Under the pieces are notes generated by a model that did not search any database, was not told the DNA's origin, and worked only from the letters and a program-made list of their open reading frames with translations. From Naegleria gruberi (Eukaryota), in NCBI GenBank assembly GCA_000004985.1, contig GG738896.1: 64,000 nucleotides of DNA, one strand, 5' to 3'. Both the position numbers and the translations under genes were made by a program. The stretch's first letter is position 1, and each line of letters begins with the position of its first letter. Shown here one piece after another: positions 34,302 to 45,897 of this stretch.

Positions 34302-35891
34302 TTGACAATAAGATGCCTTAACTTTGCAAAGTTCATCAAGGCAAAATTAAAATCAAAAAAAATGTCAGCAAAGAGTTCATTCTCTCTCCCCGTTAAGAAA
34401 AAGTCTTCAACCTCTGCCTCCTCTTCTGTATCAAGTAAAGCCAAAAAACCAGTTATTGCCTCCTCTTCATCAGCAGTTCAAAGAACACCTCCCCCAACCA
34501 TTAATCTCCCTTCCGAGGACTCTTGCAAAGTTGATGAAGTTGAACAGAGATTTGATCCCAGGTTCAAGTCACTTGCTTCCGATAATGTAATTTTAATATT
34601 GGATTTTATGGGAGGTGAAGTTACACAAGATTTGAGCTCCATTTCTCTTCTCATTAAGAATTGTTATGGTAGATTCGGAACTGATTCCTCTATTAAGTTT
34701 CTGTATCGATATGGGAGTTATTATACTAACGAGATTAATTTGGAGGGAATGATGTTTATTTTCAATGAACAATTTAGACAGTGCAAGAGATCGAACATGG
34801 AAACAAGAATTTTGAATGCCCTATGTCGCTGTTCAGGCGAAGAAAACGTTTCAGATGCCAATACAATTATTCAACAATTGGATAACTTCTCAAAGGAGAA
34901 TAGGCAATTGTGTCTATCATTCCAACAATTGAATTTTTATGGAATGGAAACATTTTGGGAAGTGATTGAAAAGTGTTTTGAGGTATTTCCAAATTTTGAA
35001 AAGTTGAAAATTGGTTTTTATCCTGATCCTCCAACAAAGGTGCCTCGACGAAACTTTAAAAGAAAGTATCATATCGACCTAGTAAGCTTCCCTAAGGCTC
35101 TAGAAAAATCAAATATGAAATGCAAAAAATTGGTCTGCCATAGAAATGTGATGAAGGGAGATTTAGCGTTCAAGTTACCACTTTTAGAGAAGTACAAAGT
35201 AATTGGAACAGATCACCTCAAACAAATAGATCATTTAGAAGAATTGAAGAATCTCAAACATCTTTGCTTAGTGTATCATGATGCAAGAACATATGGCATG
35301 GAATTTAAAGCTAATGATCCTCAATTTTTCATATCTTTATCCAAGTGCACAAACTTGACAAGGCTCAAAATTAATGGTTTGTACATGTTTGGAGAGGAGT
35401 TTATTCACATCAATAATTCTCTTCCTAATCTCACCTACTTGAATTTGAAAAAATGTTTTTGTCAAAATACTGATGGAATTTTCAATGCCATTGGAACTTT
35501 CAAAAAGTTGAAAACTCTTATTTTAGGTTCTCATGAACAAAATTGCGTTGCGAAATTAGGTAATTTGAAGCAATTAGAATACTTAGAAGCATCAGACTTG
35601 AGTGCAAAGGATGTGAACACAATCTCTCAACTCGTAAATTTGAAATCCCTTATTGCAGAAGCACTTTACATTACCGATGAAGAAGGGAAAGATTTAGAAA
35701 AATTGAAAAATCTTGAACAGTTCAAATTTTCTACTGCAGGCGATATGTATTTTGGTATGAAATTGATTACATTTTTATTCGACAATTTAAATGTGAAAAA
35801 ATATGAAATTAATACCTACAGAAATTCTCTAGATAATATTCCAAAAGATATTCAGCAAAGAATGAATGGTAGGTGCGACACAGAGAAATAA
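34302..35891 (+). CDS. Leucine-rich-repeat protein (F-box-like/LRR family), Ser-rich N-terminus
   Basis: 529-aa ORF. The likely start is MSAKSSF at about 34362, followed by an S-rich low-complexity stretch. The C-terminal half has many LxxLxxLxL repeats (LKNLKHLCLVYHD, LTRLKINGL, LPNLTYLNLKKC, LKTLILGSHE). Confidence 0.55.
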   Translation: MTIRCLNFAKFIKAKLKSKKMSAKSSFSLPVKKKSSTSASSSVSSKAKKPVIASSSSAVQRTPPPTINLPSEDSCKVDEVEQRFDPRFKSLASDNVILILDFMGGEVTQDLSSISLLIKNCYGRFGTDSSIKFLYRYGSYYTNEINLEGMMFIFNEQFRQCKRSNMETRILNALCRCSGEENVSDANTIIQQLDNFSKENRQLCLSFQQLNFYGMETFWEVIEKCFEVFPNFEKLKIGFYPDPPTKVPRRNFKRKYHIDLVSFPKALEKSNMKCKKLVCHRNVMKGDLAFKLPLLEKYKVIGTDHLKQIDHLEELKNLKHLCLVYHDARTYGMEFKANDPQFFISLSKCTNLTRLKINGLYMFGEEFIHINNSLPNLTYLNLKKCFCQNTDGIFNAIGTFKKLKTLILGSHEQNCVAKLGNLKQLEYLEASDLSAKDVNTISQLVNLKSLIAEALYITDEEGKDLEKLKNLEQFKFSTAGDMYFGMKLITFLFDNLNVKKYEINTYRNSLDNIPKDIQQRMNGRCDTEK

Positions 35892-36023
35892 TCAGAATAC
35901 TTTTAATTATCACTTTTACTCCTCAAATATATATTTGCGCCCTACGCTCATAATTCACTTGTCGCAATCAAAACACAAAAATAACATGATGATTATAATT
36001 AGTTCGTTTTCATCTTTAAAAAA

Positions 36024-38150
36024 ATGAAACTCACAATCCTCGTCGGATTGCTCTTGCTTTGCTTGTTGGTTTCAACACAAGCAGCCTACAACAATGAATT
36101 GGCAGACGACATTATCGACATTTTGTCTGACAGAAGAGGAGGAAGAAGATTTGCAGCACCAGCCTACACTCCACCTCCAAGACATTATGCTCCTCCACAA
36201 CCTGTCTTTAGAGCAGCACCAGTTTACACTCCTCCTCCACAACCTGTGTATCATAGACCTGCTGTTGTACATCATCCAAGACCTGTTTATAGAGCTCCTC
36301 CACAACCTGTGTATCAACCACAACCAGCAATTGCTCAACCACAACCAGTGAGAAGAGGAAAGAGAGGAAGATTTATTCCACCACAACCAGTTAGTCAACC
36401 AGCTGCTGTTCCACAACCAATAGTTGCCCAATTCCAACAACCAAGAGGAAGAAAGGGAGGTAGAGGTAAAAGAAATAATTTCCAAGCTCAAGCTCCACAA
36501 CCAACAGTTGGTCAACCAATAGCTCAATTCCAACAACCAGCTGGAAGAAGAGGTAAAAAGGGTAAGAAGGGTGGTTTCATTGGTGGTCAACCATCAATTG
36601 GTCAACCTACTCCATCAAGAGGTAAAGGAAAAGGAAAGGGAAAGAAGGGAAAGAAGGGAAATAAAGGAAATGTAGCTCCAGAAGATGGTTCCTCTCAAAC
36701 CAGTGGAAGAAAAGGTAAGAAAGGAAAAGGTGGTAAGAAGGGTGGATTATTCAGTAAAATCACTAAGGGACTCATGGGTGGCGGTGGTGCTGGTGGTAAG
36801 AAAGGAAAGGGTGGTAAGAAGAATAAGAAACAAGAACAACAAGAACAGCAAGAACAAGAACAACAAGAGCAAGAAGTTGCTGCTGCTGAACAACAAATTG
36901 TCGAACAACAAAAAGCTGCTGAACAAGATATCTCTGAACAACAAGCTCAAGTTGAGAAACAAGTTGGAGAACAAAAGCAAGAAATTGAATCACAAATTGC
37001 TCAACAACAACAACAAGCTGAACAACATATTGCCAAATTGAGAGAAGAATTGGAAGCTAGTATTCAATCTGCTAATCAACAAATTGAACAACAAGTATCT
37101 CAACAACATGAAGATTATAAGGTACAATTTAAGGCAGCTCAAGAACAACTTACACCACAAATTGAACAACTTACTGAACAACAAACTCAAATTGAAACTC
37201 AAATGACTGAATTGGCTAAAGTAGCTCAAGAACAAGAACAAGCAAAGGAAAGATTGATTGAAAAGGAAAAGAAATTGAATCAAGAATATCAACAATTAAT
37301 GGCAACTGAACAACAATTGGTTGCTCTTGCTATTGTCGAAAAAGCTCCATTGCAAACTACTCAACAACAAGCTCCTCAATTAGCTGAAACTCAACCTGCC
37401 ACAAATCAAGAAAATCAACAAGAACTTGCTGATTTGATCTATGATGTATTGTCAGATGTCTATTCCACAAAGAAAGGTAAAGGTGGCTTCCAACGTTTCA
37501 AAGCTGCCCCAACCAGACAATTTGCTGGACAACCATCAGCTCAACCTAGAGGTGGTAAGAAAGGAAAGGGTGGTAAAAAGGGTGGATTCCTTAGTAAAAT
37601 CACTAAGGGATTCAAGGGAATCATGGGAGGTGGTAAAAAGGGAGGAAAACAAGCTCCACCATCAACCTATTCCTCAAATGGTGAGATTGCTGCCCAACAA
37701 CAACAAGCTGAACAACAAATTGCCGAACAAAAGCAACAAGCAGAACAACAATTGACTCAACAACAACAAGAAATTGAACAAAAATTGACTCAACAACAGC
37801 AACAAGCTGAAGAATTGATTGCCAAGCAACAACAAGAAGCTGAAGATTTGATTGCCAAGCAACAAGCTCAATTACAAGATCAAATTCAAGCTGCTCAAAA
37901 GCAAATTGACGATCAAGCTGCTAAAATGACTGCTGATTTACAAGCTGAAACTCAAGCTACTCAAGAAAAGATTGCCAAGCAAAAGGAACAACTCGATCAA
38001 CAACAAGCTCAATTGCAACAAGTTGCTGACAAGCAAGCTACCACCCAACAAGAAATCGATGCTAAGGAAAAGGAACTTGCTGAACTCGAACAAAAATTGG
38101 CTACCTTGAGACAAGCTATTCAAAAGATTACCAATGCCAAGAAGCAATAA
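36024..38150 (+). CDS. Secreted low-complexity protein: Pro/Gln-rich module, KGKKG basic repeats and long Q/E-rich coiled-coil, internally duplicated
   Basis: Signal peptide MKLTILVGLLLLCLLVSTQA. The module ELADDIIDILSDRRGGRRF...PQPV..(KGKKGKKG).. recurs as ELADLIYDVLSDVYSTKKGKGGF...GGKKGKGGKKGGFLSKITKG. Each copy is followed by about 150-200 aa of QQQAEQQIAEQKQ heptad-like coiled-coil. Confidence 0.6.
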   Translation: MKLTILVGLLLLCLLVSTQAAYNNELADDIIDILSDRRGGRRFAAPAYTPPPRHYAPPQPVFRAAPVYTPPPQPVYHRPAVVHHPRPVYRAPPQPVYQPQPAIAQPQPVRRGKRGRFIPPQPVSQPAAVPQPIVAQFQQPRGRKGGRGKRNNFQAQAPQPTVGQPIAQFQQPAGRRGKKGKKGGFIGGQPSIGQPTPSRGKGKGKGKKGKKGNKGNVAPEDGSSQTSGRKGKKGKGGKKGGLFSKITKGLMGGGGAGGKKGKGGKKNKKQEQQEQQEQEQQEQEVAAAEQQIVEQQKAAEQDISEQQAQVEKQVGEQKQEIESQIAQQQQQAEQHIAKLREELEASIQSANQQIEQQVSQQHEDYKVQFKAAQEQLTPQIEQLTEQQTQIETQMTELAKVAQEQEQAKERLIEKEKKLNQEYQQLMATEQQLVALAIVEKAPLQTTQQQAPQLAETQPATNQENQQELADLIYDVLSDVYSTKKGKGGFQRFKAAPTRQFAGQPSAQPRGGKKGKGGKKGGFLSKITKGFKGIMGGGKKGGKQAPPSTYSSNGEIAAQQQQAEQQIAEQKQQAEQQLTQQQQEIEQKLTQQQQQAEELIAKQQQEAEDLIAKQQAQLQDQIQAAQKQIDDQAAKMTADLQAETQATQEKIAKQKEQLDQQQAQLQQVADKQATTQQEIDAKEKELAELEQKLATLRQAIQKITNAKKQ

Positions 38151-38409
38151 ATCAAAGCTTGCAGTGCACAAATCGCCTTATTGGTTCCCAATTTCATCAC
38201 ACAAGGATGGACAGCAGTAGAACCGTACTGAACAGCTTAAATAATACATTAATCTCACAAAATTGTCCATTGAATTACATCTCACTTGCTTTAACTGAAC
38301 CAATGGTTCATTTTCATAGGCAATCCTTTGTTAATCTTTCTGCGTGTTAATGGGGATAACAAGAGTGAGTGCACACGCAAAGATAAGCATTACCAAAAAA
38401 AAATTCACA

Positions 38410-39066
38410 ATGAGAGTTTTCTTATTGAGCTGTGTTATTATTGCCTTCGTGATGAGTGGCCAAACCTTGGCTCTCACATGTAATCCAGGAAGTTATGTTG
38501 GTATGTTATTTAGTGTTCTTGATCATTATCGACCATTTATAGGAAAATTACAAGGAAACGATGCATGTCTTCCGTGTGGAGTTGGTTACTTTTGTGCCAA
38601 TGGAATCACTCAAGAAAAGTGTGCCTTCAACACCTATTCTTCTGGCTCTGCTACCTCATGCACAGCATGCCGTAATTCCAATAGAGGAACTGATGCTGCC
38701 AATTCTGCCTGTTTGTTGCCAAATACACCAGCCAATGCTATTGAATTTACTAAAACAATCACCGTTGATTCCACAAAGCTTATTTCAACATTCACCAAAT
38801 TGAATTTGGCTGGTTACGATTATGTTGATGTTCGTATCAAGCAAACACCACTCAATCCAAATGTTCCAATTACCAATATTAAAGTTTATGGCCACAGAAG
38901 CACTGGATTCCCTGGACCTGGTAAATATGATGGATTTGAGAATAGTAAGGAACCATTTTTGAGTTATGACAATGATTCTAGTGGTGATATCTTGTACTTG
39001 TCAATTTATGCTCATCCAGACACAATGTTGACTATTGATTTGCAAAGAGTCAAGAATGGTCAATAA
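38410..39066 (+). CDS. Secreted protein with an ephrin-receptor-like (GCC2_GCC3) cysteine-rich domain
   Basis: Signal peptide MRVFLLSCVIIAFVMSGQTLA, with the ATG at about 38410 (the ORF track's earlier start is upstream filler). CNPGSY...CLPCGVGYFCANGITQEKCAFNTYSSGSATSCTACRNSN matches the CxxCxxGxY...C...C pattern of ephrin-receptor-like/TNFR-like Cys repeats. Confidence 0.5.
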   Translation: MRVFLLSCVIIAFVMSGQTLALTCNPGSYVGMLFSVLDHYRPFIGKLQGNDACLPCGVGYFCANGITQEKCAFNTYSSGSATSCTACRNSNRGTDAANSACLLPNTPANAIEFTKTITVDSTKLISTFTKLNLAGYDYVDVRIKQTPLNPNVPITNIKVYGHRSTGFPGPGKYDGFENSKEPFLSYDNDSSGDILYLSIYAHPDTMLTIDLQRVKNGQ

Positions 39067-39165
39067 ACCAATTAGAAGTTTAAACCACAGTCAGATTAAT
39101 TCAGATTTCAAGAATCCTTAGTCATATATTCTTCTCAATACTCTATATTGTTTCTTTGATTGTAT

Positions 39166-39240
39166 GTTCAATCCAAAATTTGTTCCAAAGTTTGATCATT
39201 AGAAATTGTATTATTTGTAGTTTAGGATATTGCTGTTTTA
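39166..39240. repeat. Dispersed repeat, copy 1; the inverted partner is at 48128-48197, next to an assembly gap
   Basis: The reverse complement of 39166-39240 matches 48128-48197 at about 90%, where CAATATCCGAAACTACAAATAATCCAATTTCTAATCATGATCAAACTTTGGAACAAATTTTGGAT aligns with caatatcctaaactacaaataatacaatttctaatgatcaaactttggaacaaattttggat. The ORF-track proteins 39143-39370 and 47789-48208 share the peptide YPKLQIIQFL.IKLWNKFW. Confidence 0.75.
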
Positions 39241-39737
39241 CCAGACGAGTTGGGACAAAGAAGAAGAATATTTTTATGATTTTGTATGCTTGGAAAGCAT
39301 GTATATTGTAGAAGAATTCACATTCAATTTTCCTATCCATCTCTATCATTGCATGAATGGTTTTGTCCATGACGTGTCATTAACAAGGAAAAGATGCATT
39401 ATTGGATAAACAAGAACGAGAATGCTGCCATTGATTGTGTTAATACCATTGCTAGAATGGTCATTACTGATCATTCCCAATAAGTTCAAAAGAAATTGTT
39501 CAGGAAACGAAATTATTGTAAATATTAATTATTATCTTTGTTATAAAAGTATAGATAGTGAAATTTTGGCATATTTGGAAATAGTTTTTCAATATGATTT
39601 TTCAAAAGAACTTCTGAACAAGATCCATCTTTTTATTTTGGTTTAGTTTTTCCAGAACAAAATGGCAAATGCAATGCGGTGCAAAGGCTATGAGATTTAT
39701 TTGACACGCAGATGATTAGTGACGTACTAACAAAAAA

Positions 39738-42700
39738 ATGTCACAACAGCAGTTCATTGAAATTTACATTTCCAACTACAAGACCATCACACCTGATGAT
39801 CGTCACACTAAACCCTACACCAATTACATTCTCGATATTTCTCTCCAATCCGATAAAAATCCTCAAGAAATTTTCTATCAATGGTCAATAGAATATCGAT
39901 ATTCACAATTGAGAAGTTTTCACTCTCTACTTTCCAAGTACTTTAAAAAGCTTCCGACATTTCCTCCAAAAGTAAGTTTAATTTTTTTAAATATTTTAAT
40001 TTTTTTTAAATATTTAATATTTTGTATATTTTGTAAATTAGAAATTATTTAATAGATCATCGGAAATGATTGAAAAAAGACTTGTGGAATTAAAAAAGTA
40101 TTTTAAACAATTATTTAAAAATAGAAATGATATATTTAACAAATCGGGAACTCTTTCGTTTATTTTGAAATTTATCAACATTCCAAATGAATTAATGCAA
40201 TATGTAATAGTTACAAAAGATGATTTAAATTCGGTGGATTCTCTCACTTTTTTAAATTCAAAACTTGACAAGTCAATTGAATCTCCTTTTTGTAAAGTAA
40301 TTTTCCATAAGGGAGTGAGATATAAATTATCGAAATTTATTGGAAATGGTACATATGGTAAAGTTTATCATTCTGTCGATGATTCAGGATATGAGTATGC
40401 AATTAAGGAAATTCCTGCATTGTATGTTGATACAATGTTTGTGGAAAACAATGTAAAACTCATCTCTGAATGTAATGAAACATTTCTGAGATATATATTG
40501 AGAATTTTAGATACATTTCAAATTGCTAATAACTATTATGTCGTTACAGAATATTTTAATAAGGGATCTCTTAATAATATACGAAATGATGTGAAAATGA
40601 GTGTTTCTACAATTTTACAAATAATTATACAAATGGTCACTTCATTAAGATTCTTAAATTCAAAGAAAATGGTACATTTGGATATTAAGGAGGGAAACAT
40701 TTTTGTTCAATTCTTTAATGGACATCGAATTTCACTAATTTTAGGAGATTTGGGATTGAGTAGAAAAATTAATCCTTCCATTCAATTGAATACTATTAAC
40801 AATAATATTAATAATATAGAAATAGTTAAAGAAAGCTTATTCGAATCATTATCCAGTTCTGCATCTGTTGGAACACCATTATATCAAGCTCCAGAAATGT
40901 TACAACAAGAAAATCCTTTCATTCATGAAAAGAGTGATATTTATTCTTTAGGTTGTACAATATTATATTATTTATTTGGTAAAATTAAAGTATTGAATCA
41001 AGAAAAAGAATTAGATTGGGAAAAGATCAATTCTCTCTTTCAAAAACTTGAAGAACCAGAATGGAAATATATTTATGAATTGTTACAAAAAATGTTAACA
41101 ATTGATGTTAACGAGAGAGCAGACACCAAAACAATACTTGATTTTATATTTAAAAAACAAGATGCATTGCCATCGGAAATGAATGAAGAAAAAAGAAATC
41201 AATTCATCCTGGACGAAATGGAAAGTATTGATTTACTAACAAGTTATGTAAAATTACAAGATTATTTCAAAACAAGTGATTCCATAATAAGAGATTCTCT
41301 TTATGAAAATGGAAATCAATTGGAAGATTTACCAGAACATTTTAAAAACAATTCCAACTATTTTAACATTGCAGCTCAACAAAATTCAATGTTGCATAAA
41401 GACTCAGATCAATTTAATTATTATCTAGAGCTAGCTGCTGATTCGAAACCAAATAACAATGAAATTACTCTCCTTACAAAAAATTCCTCTGAACAAAACA
41501 GAAATGATTACTACTTTGCTTTGAGTTCAGTTTCAAAGGACGGAAAAACTTTAAGATTTGTTGGACATCTTTTGAAAATGAATAGAACTATTGTAATGAC
41601 AGCTGTGAAACAAAATCCATTGGCAATTCAATATGCCCCCAGTTCATTAAGGAAAGATAAGGAAATAGCAAAGGAGGCCCTTGTTTACAATGGCAGAACT
41701 TTGGAATATTTAGAAGAGTTACAAGATGATGAGGAAATTGTACTCGCAGCTGTTTCTGTTCATGGAATTGCCATAAAATTTGCTTCTCCAAGATTGAGAT
41801 CTCACGAAAATATAATCAGACGAGCTGTCAAAGTTGATGAACGTGCCATTGAATATGCTGATACTTCAAATTTATCACTGAAATTATTATTTGAAATTAT
41901 TTGTCAAAATATTGATGCATGTTATTATTTGAAATATGACGAAAAGTTAGTGATGGACTATGTGAAACAAACCAATGATAGCAATGCGAAAACATTTCTA
42001 TTGTTAATGGAAAAAAAGGTATCCATGTCGAAAATGATTCAATTGGCCGACGATATTGGAAATCCACTTGCCCAACTTTATGTTGCCCTACATAGAAGGG
42101 ATAATCCTGAAAGAATGCTCAATGCTGCCAAGCAAGGTAATTTACAAGCTCAATTGATATTGGCACGTTGGTTACAGATGTATGGACATGTTGATTCGGC
42201 AGTGGATTGGTTGAAAAAATGTGCCTCCCATTCATATCTTCCTGCAATTGTTTTTCTCTGTTCATTACTTGATCCAGCTACGGATGGTGAATGGTTTTTG
42301 AAAGGGGCTCATTTAGGAGATGGTGAAATTCAATACGTTTATGGCTTATCAATTTTTTATGAAAAAAATCGTACTCAAATTAATTATCAGGGATTTTATT
42401 GGTGTAAACGAGCTGCTCATCAGGGGTTTCCTAGAGCTCAATATCACATGTCTCAATGTTACAAGTATGGATTAGCAGTTAATAGAAATCCTGAGAAGGC
42501 TTTCAAATGGATGAAACTAGCTGCAGAGAATCAAGTGATAGTAGCTCAATATCAACTTGGATTATTTTATGGAGGTGGAAAAGGAACTGTGCAAGATGTC
42601 AAAAAAGCATTTTACTGGTTAGAAACTTCTGCCAAAAAGAAAAATTGGGTTGCCTTAAATGAACTTGGACTAATTTATATGAAAGGTCGTTATGATGTTA

Positions 42701-43062
42701 AAGTAAATTATGATAAGGCAATTGAATATTTCAAGAAATCTCTCCAAACCCTTGAAGATTACAAAAATAGTCCCATTAGTGATGATTTTGATCCGTTTGT
42801 AAATCCTCCAAAAGGTAATGGTGAATATCTCTATTTAAATATTGGAGAATGTTATTTCCTTAAACAGAAACGTGAGGAAGGAATTGAATGGATGATGAAA
42901 AGTATTTCATTAGGATGTGAATATGCAGTAGAAGTATTGGAAGAGTATACAGGTATCGTTGTTAGTACAGATGCCGTAGGGTGGCAAAATTATTGTTTTA
43001 ATAATACAGAGGAAGTAATTTTGAATATGCATAGAGCTGTAGATAGCAAATCACAAGAATAA
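39738..43062 (+). CDS. Multidomain PX domain + protein kinase + DUF4116 repeats + Sel1/TPR-like repeats; two exons with a 70-nt intron (39972-40041)
   Basis: Exon 1 (39738-39971) encodes the PX N-half with the RSFHSLLSKYFKKLPTFPP motif. The intron runs gtaagttta...aaattag, and exon 2 is in frame through the annotated Met at 40066. The kinase subdomains are present (GNGTYGKVY, AIKEI, HLDIKEGNIF, DLGLS, GTPLYQAPE), though the canonical HRD reads HLD. They are followed by 3-4 DUF4116 repeats (VKQNPLAIQYAPSSLRKDKEIAKEAL...) and then multiple Sel1-like repeats (AQYHMSQCYKYGLAVNRNPEKAFKWMKLAAENQVIVAQYQLGLFYGGGKG...). Confidence 0.7.
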
Positions 43063-43073
43063 GAGAAAGATAA

Positions 43074-43856
43074 TTAAAGCTGTTTTATTAGAATATTAAC
43101 ATTGAGGACAAACTTTTCAAAACAATGAGCCATGAAATTGAAGATTCTTCTTGGAATGCTTGTTTCTGCCAACATACTGACATCTCTTCTTGGGAAATCA
43201 TGATGATTATCGTGTTCATTTACATGGTGGACATGGTGTCCAACAAGAATTTCAAGAACAAGATTGATATCAACATATTTTTGGAAAGGATAATACTTGT
43301 CAACGAGTGAATCGAACCAACCTTCTTCATGAGCAAGAGTTGTGAAAACCATAAAGATTACAGACATGACAAGTCTACTCATTATCAAGTGACACATATA
43401 AGCCAATGGATTCATCAACAAGAATGGAAGAAGCAACAATACCAATCTACTGAAATACATGAGTGCAGTGTATCTTTTAGGTTCAGTCTTATTCTTCCTC
43501 TTCAAATAGCATTCATTATAATACAAATCAAATACTGAACTTCTCTTGAATAATATCCAACGATTTGGGGAGGATTTAAACCAATAGTCTGGATCAATCT
43601 TCATAATTTGTTTCTTTCTATAGGCAATATCAGCACGAGTCAAGTAACCAAGAGTCCATCTTCCTCCTAAGAATAAATAAACAGGCGATAAGGTAACCAT
43701 TTGGGTCATTATGCCAACACCTGCATAATTCATTAGAGCCATGGAAGCAAGTGGGACAAAACCTGAAACTAAATTGCAAGCCATCGAGGAAAATTTATCA
43801 TGAGCAACTTCCTTTCCTTTAACTGGATATCTGCCGTGTTGAGTTTGTTTAGCCAT
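43074..43856 (-). CDS. Polytopic membrane protein with histidine-box motifs (lipid desaturase/hydroxylase-like; possibly TMEM189/PEDS1-like)
   Basis: Several hydrophobic helices and His clusters (AHEEGW, GHHVHHVNEHDNHHDF) reminiscent of di-iron membrane desaturases/hydroxylases. The size (260 aa) fits the TMEM189 family, but the assignment is tentative. Confidence 0.4.
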   Translation of the reverse strand: MAKQTQHGRYPVKGKEVAHDKFSSMACNLVSGFVPLASMALMNYAGVGIMTQMVTLSPVYLFLGGRWTLGYLTRADIAYRKKQIMKIDPDYWFKSSPNRWILFKRSSVFDLYYNECYLKRKNKTEPKRYTALMYFSRLVLLLLPFLLMNPLAYMCHLIMSRLVMSVIFMVFTTLAHEEGWFDSLVDKYYPFQKYVDINLVLEILVGHHVHHVNEHDNHHDFPRRDVSMLAETSIPRRIFNFMAHCFEKFVLNVNILIKQL

Positions 43857-44605
43857 TGTTGATGAGGGTATTTGTGTTGTTGTTTTTTTTTGTTGGAAAA
43901 GAGTAAAAGCATTTGCGAAGGCCTTTTATACTCTCGCTTGGCAACAAATTTTGTTTTTTTTATTTTTAAACTTTTGAGGCCACAAATTTTATTGTGCCAT
44001 TAAGCTTAAGAAGAACAACAAAGTCATGGTTAAAAGCTGTAGTTATGCACAGTGATATTTGATTAGTGTTCAGCACCCGTACTAACGTTTTTTTTCTCTT
44101 TAAAAATACAATGATGATGACTCTGTTGAACTCCAAACAAGTTATTCATGGGAAGTTACATTAGCAATAGATGTATTACTATCACTTCCACTATCAACAG
44201 CAATAGAGGTGATATTACCACCGAACAAGTGGGAATATCTATTAAAGTTTTGAAATCTCTTCTTTCGTGAGTCAGTATAGAGGGAACATTGGTAAAGATT
44301 TTCACAATATAATCCAGTTCACTAAAATCATTGCCACTAATCGTAGTAGTATTGGTTATTTCCAATATATTTTCAATAGCTTTTCCAAATTGAACACGAA
44401 CTCTGAGATCCTCTACTTGTTTATCTGTGAGTATCATCATTATCATCATCCTCTACTGGCCAGATATTTGCACTTCTCCCATAACTATCCTCTTTTGCTC
44501 GGCCATTTTCAAATCCAAATCAGTACACTTCTTTTTGGCAACAGATTCTGAATCTAGTGCTTGTTCCAGTTTTCTTCAAACGATTGCATTCACTATGTAA
44601 TTCAT

Positions 44606-44745
44606 CAAGATCCTTATTTAATTCATTTTGTTGCTGGATTAATTTTTATTGGAATTCACTCTGTTGTTGGACTAGTTTTTCTTGGAATTCATTTTGTTGT
44701 TGGATTAATTTTTCTTCAAAATATATCTTTTGCTCTTCCAACTGG
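44606..44745. repeat. Tandem repeat, ~36-nt unit x3-4 (GGAATTCATTTTGTTGTTGGATTAATTTTTCTT)
   Basis: Direct reading shows near-identical units. The small ORFs 44557-44776 across it are translation artefacts of the repeat (FCCWINF.WNS repeated). Confidence 0.7.
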
Positions 44746-45897
44746 ATTTCATTATTACCATAGTAGTAGTTCTTGAAACAATTTCTTCATTAGTGGGATG
44801 AGTTCTTGAAACAATTTCATTAGTACGCTTTGTCTCAGAAGCCTTCTTCTTTGTGCTGGAAGTGACTACAGTAGTGTACATTTGTAAAAAATACCTTTAC
44901 TTATTGTGTCACTCATCATGTCTCACACAACCATTAATAAAAGAAAGCCTAAGTGATTGAGTATACGGAGGAGGAAACACGATATTATGGGGCAAAGGAA
45001 AATAGAATATATTAAGGTTGACTCATATTAGCACAAAGTAATAAATTTTATTGAGCTTTCATCAACGATCTTGTTAAAAAGTATTTACAAAGGTACAATC
45101 TGTAATCCAAACACACATTCTTTTCTATCGTAATTAAAATCTCTAAAAATTAATTTCACATAAAACAAGTCTGGATTCAAATGAAATGGTCTGATGCAGG
45201 TGATGAACATCATCCCAAACTCCAAAAGTAAGTTATCTGGAATTCTAATGGCTGTTCCTGAGTGAGAAATTATGTCTTCATTGGTGAGGACATGGTTTTC
45301 TTTCTTGGATTTAAACAGAAATTCATCTGTACATCCACCATTCAAATCGCCATCTTTACAAAAATGAACTTTAGGATTTGCTCGACGTGATTTTTAGTCA
45401 ACCTTAATATATTGAGAAAGATCAAAATAGGGAGTGTTTATTGGTAGGTTCCCAATTATTTGTAAAAATCTACAGTTCTTTCAAACCTGTCATTTTGCAA
45501 TTGATAAATTGTAACAGAGGATGGATCGATATTCATTCCTAATTCAGGGAAGATGTGAATAGGATCGGAAATAAATGTTAACATTAAGCAGTTTTAAATG
45601 GAAACAGTCACTTGTGAAAAGGAACAGTAATATAAAATTCCAGGAATGTGATGGTATCAACACAATAGAATGTATTTCATTACAAGCAAGGATGTACCAA
45701 GTAACTCTTTAAGGGCTCAAATGTATTCAAAACAATCTAATGGATGAATCTAAATTTTCAAATCTATTAACATAATTACAAAATCTTCCAATTTATGATA
45801 GTTTTAGTGATTAAGTATTAAAATTACATATCAAACACTTTTATTAGACGGTAATTAAAAGTACTAGGTCAGTTATCACTAATACATTCTAAATTGA

